Shown here: positions 60,820 to 64,000 of the stretch, piece by piece | Layout of the letters: the number at the start of each line of letters is the position of its first letter | Numbering within the stretch: position 1 is the stretch's first letter | Assembly (NCBI GenBank): GCA_965178125.1 | Contig: OZ237737.1 | Location: 1,426,001-1,490,000, forward strand | Direction: 5' to 3' | Origin: Bilabrum cf. latius | Lineage: Eukaryota | Length of the DNA stretch: 64,000 bases | Made by a program: the position numbers and the translations under genes | The notes under the pieces: model-generated | What the model saw: only the letters and a program-made list of their open reading frames with translations | Database searches by the model: none | Told to the model about the DNA's origin: nothing

Positions 60820-63800
60820 ATGCCCCGGAGAACGGGAGGCAAGTCCAAAAAGAGCAGCGGTGAGTGCAGATACAGAACTTTCAAGATTCGTCGCGTGTAC
60901 GCGGGTCTGGCCGTCGCAGTATTGCCTCTGGTCGACGCAGTACATTCGGATCCAACTGAGCAATCCGATATTTGTTTGCCCCATCAAGCGACGCAGGCGT
61001 AAAGGAGCTGGTCGCTTCTGTAAAGAAGCATAAAAAGTTCCGTCAGCTTGCCAGTTACAGCGTGCAGTGCCTGCAGAAGGCAATCAGCCCCCCTACCGTG
61101 AGCATGGAATTGACCGGACCCAAGGGCTTGCGCTGCCACAGGAGAGCCATTCCTGAACATTGCGTCGTAGAATGGCCTCATGGGATATAATTTTTGCTGG
61201 CTGGGATTAAGGGTATCCAGATTGCTCGCGGCTAGCTCCATTTTGAGCATTCAGCCCGGTCTGCGAAGCGGTCGTCAACACCACGTGTTATTGTTTCCCC
61301 TGCCCTATCACGCCTTGAATTCTCTCGTAGAATGGATGGGAACAAGCCCGCAAGGAAGCGTACGAGGGAGGTGCTCTGGATGCCCTGACTGATGTGCTGA
61401 AGCGCCACAAGGGCGATGCGACGATCCTTGCGGCGGCCTCCGGCTGCCTCACGTCGATCGCGAGCGAGCCGCAGTACGCCGGTGATCTCGTCAAGTCCGG
61501 CGCGCTGTCATCCATGATTCAGAGCGTGGAGAAGAACCCGGAAGCCCCCGAGGGCGCCGACGTTGTGAACCTCCTCGAGACGGTGGCGGCGAACAACCCC
61601 GAGGCACTGCTTGGCTTCAACGTGACCGATTCCGTGGTCGGCCTCATGAAGGCGGCCTCGGACAACCCACAGGTGGTGGGCGCCTGCGTGCGAACCCTGG
61701 AGCGGATCAACAAGGTGTCGGGCGGACCCAAGGCGCTGATAGACTCCGGGATCGTGCCGGAGCTGATGGAGCGCATCACCAAGCCGGTCGGTGCAGCGGC
61801 CGGGGAGGAGGCTGCCTTCCAGCAGGAGCTGCTGGAGGCCTCCTTCCGACTGCTGGAGAGGATGGCCCGCGTGCCCGATCATGCTGAGTACATCCGCAAC
61901 GAATGCGATGGCATGCAGTCGCTGTCCTCTGCTCTGGAAGTGCACGCCAAGAACGACAAGGTGTGCAGGACGGGGGGGCGGCTTCTCACCAAGCTGGCCT
62001 CGGGCAACGTGAGCGACCTCATCTCGCGGATGCAGACGACTGAGAAGCCAAAGGAGAGGGAGTTCCTGGCTGGCCTGCTGTCCAACCTGGCCCTCGAGGA
62101 CGAGTCAGCCCAGAAGATCGTGTCCGGCGGCGGCGTCAGCGCGCTGATGGGCTGCTTCGACAGCACCTCCAAGAAGACCGTCAAGGCGGCGTCCAAGGCC
62201 ATCGGCCGCATCGCCGATGACCCCGCGAACATCGATGAGCTGGTGGACAGCGGAGCCGTGGGAGTGCTGGTGAAGACCATGGAGGAGAACAAGGGCGACG
62301 CCGAGGTCTCCGCCTCCGTGGTGCCTACCCTCCTGCGCTTCGCCACCTCCCTGTCCAACGTGGCCAAGATTACGGAGCAGAGGGGCGTCAAGGCCATCCT
62401 GCAGCAGATGGCAGAGCACCCCTAGGATGCCCAGCTGGCAGAGCAGGGCCTCGCTTTCATCGAGAACCTTCCCACCATCGGCTTCAGCACGTCCCTGCTC
62501 GTGGGCGAGGGCGCTGTGCCGGCCACGGTGGCCTGCCTGAAGGCGCACCCCGACAGCCCCACCATCCAGCTGAACGGCGCCCGGTGCCTCGTGTACATGG
62601 CCGACTGCGAGGACCACGTGGACAAGATCATGGCAGAGGACGCGCTCGACCACATCCTGGCCGTGCTGGCCAGCATCACCGAGGGCAAGGGTCGCATCGG
62701 GGGGGGCGCTGGGGCCGCCTCGGGTGCGGGTGCCAGCGGGGCGAGCAAGGGCAGCAAGCGCCGCGGCAAGTCGGCAGCCGCTGCCAGCGCGAAGAAGAAG
62801 GAGAAGAAGCAGCGCGAGCAGCTCGTCTCTACCTTCATGTACCTTCTGACGTCAGTGTCCATGTGCGACGACCACAAGACCTAGCTGCTGAACTCGGGCG
62901 GCGTGGACACTGTGCTGTCTGCCATCGCCCACTTCGCCCGGCACGAGTCCGTGCGCGAGGGCGCCCAGGAGCTCATGCAGGCGGTGGTGGGTGCAGAGGA
63001 GGTCGCAGAGACACTCGCGGCGCTGGGGAGCACCCTGGAGTCGCTGATGAAGAGCAAGAGCGCGAGCGACGCGAAGGCCGCGATCGAGCAGATCGGACGG
63101 TGCAACGCCTTTTCTATCCTGCCCAGCAACGCCGACATCATCGTGCGGTCCGGTGCCAACGCCCCCAAGGGCGAGGTGGCAGGCCTGGGCGTGATCGTGA
63201 AGGCCATGATGGATGTGTCAAAGGCCGGGCACACCATCCCCAAGTAGGAGAGCATCCTCGCCGCGTGCTCCAACTGCCTCTTCGGCATCTCGTCTTGCGT
63301 GGGTGACGACGAGGAGCTCCGGGACATGCTGGGGAACAGCGGGGCCCTCGAGGGCGTCATCAAGGCCATCAAGGCCAACCCCAGGCTCAAGAGCTCCGTG
63401 GCGGCGGGCGTCGAGTTCCTCGACAAGTACGCCACCGTGGGCAATGCCTCCAAGGTCATCCTAGAGACGGGCGGCGTGGAGTCTCTCGTGGCTGCCATGC
63501 GCGCCAACCCGACCGACCCCAAGGTGACTCTCGCGGCCGTGGACACCATGTGCCGGCTCGCCTCAACGGACGAGGGCGCTATCGCTGTGGCCAAGCACGG
63601 CGGCGCCAGGCAGGTCGTCGCCGCCGTGACCTAGAACACGAGCACTCCGGGATTCCGGGAGCCCATGGAGCGCATGCTCAGCCTGCTGCAGCGGGTGGCG
63701 GGCACCAACGAGGGCAGCGACCAGCTGGTTCGCGTCGGCGGCGTGGATGCCGTGATCGCGGCTGCGGATGCCGTGTCGGACTCGGCCCGCGTGGCCCAGT

Positions 63801-64000
63801 CATCGAGCCGCGTGCTCGGCAGGCTGCTCATGGATGAAGACGTGGAGATGGCCGTGGACGACCTGGACGAGATGATGAAGCTCGTGCGCAAGGGCAAGGT
63901 GCCTCCGGTGGACCAGCTGAAGCCCATGCTCAGCCGGATGGGGCACATGGCAAACGTGGGCGACTTTGGCGCCTTCATCAGCAGCAAGGGCGGGGTGGAG
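60820..64000 (+). CDS. Large armadillo-repeat protein, possibly glideosome-associated-connector (GAC)-like; 3'-truncated (exons 60820-60859, 60997-61097, 61331->64000)
   Basis: Repeated ARM signatures (IVSGGGVSALM, LVDSGAVGVLV, GALEGVIKAI, GGVESLVAAM). In-frame TAG at 62423, 62882, 63245 and 63632. Introns 60860-60996 (GTGAG..CGCAG) and 61098-61330 (GTGAG..CGTAG) preserve the frame. Confidence 0.85.

Noticed and set aside
1-64000. Region-wide pseudogenisation, RIP-like mutation or deamination as the source of the in-frame stops
   Set aside because: The interruptions are exclusively TAG. C-to-T damage would also yield TAA and TGA, and catalytic motifs and reading frames are intact.
1-64000. 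Ciliate-type code (TAA and TAG = Gln), pyrrolysine, or A-to-I editing (UAG read as Trp)
   Set aside because: TAA occurs only at gene ends. The TAG sites are numerous and fall at Gln-like polar positions, not at Trp or catalytic sites.
1-64000. Prokaryotic or phage origin, including recoded phage, CRISPR arrays and operons
   Set aside because: GT-AG introns, MCM9, and PH, WW and ARM proteins indicate a eukaryotic nucleus. No repeat-spacer array is present.

Overview
Gene-dense, GC-rich eukaryotic nuclear DNA with few short GT-AG introns and mostly 60-450 bp intergenic gaps. It is probably from a heterotrophic stramenopile (inference from a Nonagonal-like cadherin and the protein style; a bicosoecid-like flagellate is a guess). 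The key observation is that the ORF track is fragmented because TAG is not a stop codon here. Consecutive ORF fragments stay in one frame, are separated only by TAG, and join into 12 coherent genes. Every complete gene ends in TGA (8) or TAA (3), none in TAG. TAGs at conserved positions correspond to glutamine, so the code appears to be UAG=Gln with UAA and UGA still stops. Read this way, the window encodes: a ~2,250-aa low-complexity protein, a Gfo/Idh/MocA oxidoreductase, a GNAT acetyltransferase, a GT34-like glycosyltransferase, a Popeye/cNMP-like membrane protein, a ~2,540-aa beta-helix/EGF/PSI/REJ-GPS single-pass receptor, a ~7,000-aa LamG/cadherin/IPT nine-pass membrane protein, a two-PH-domain protein, a WW-domain protein, MCM9, a small hypothetical protein, and the start of a large armadillo-repeat (GAC-like) protein. 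The single-pass receptor has a 1,038-bp internal tandem repeat and lies in a ~9.8-kb block bracketed by a 137-bp direct repeat. No tRNA or rRNA gene was recognised. All domain calls are by eye, without database searches.
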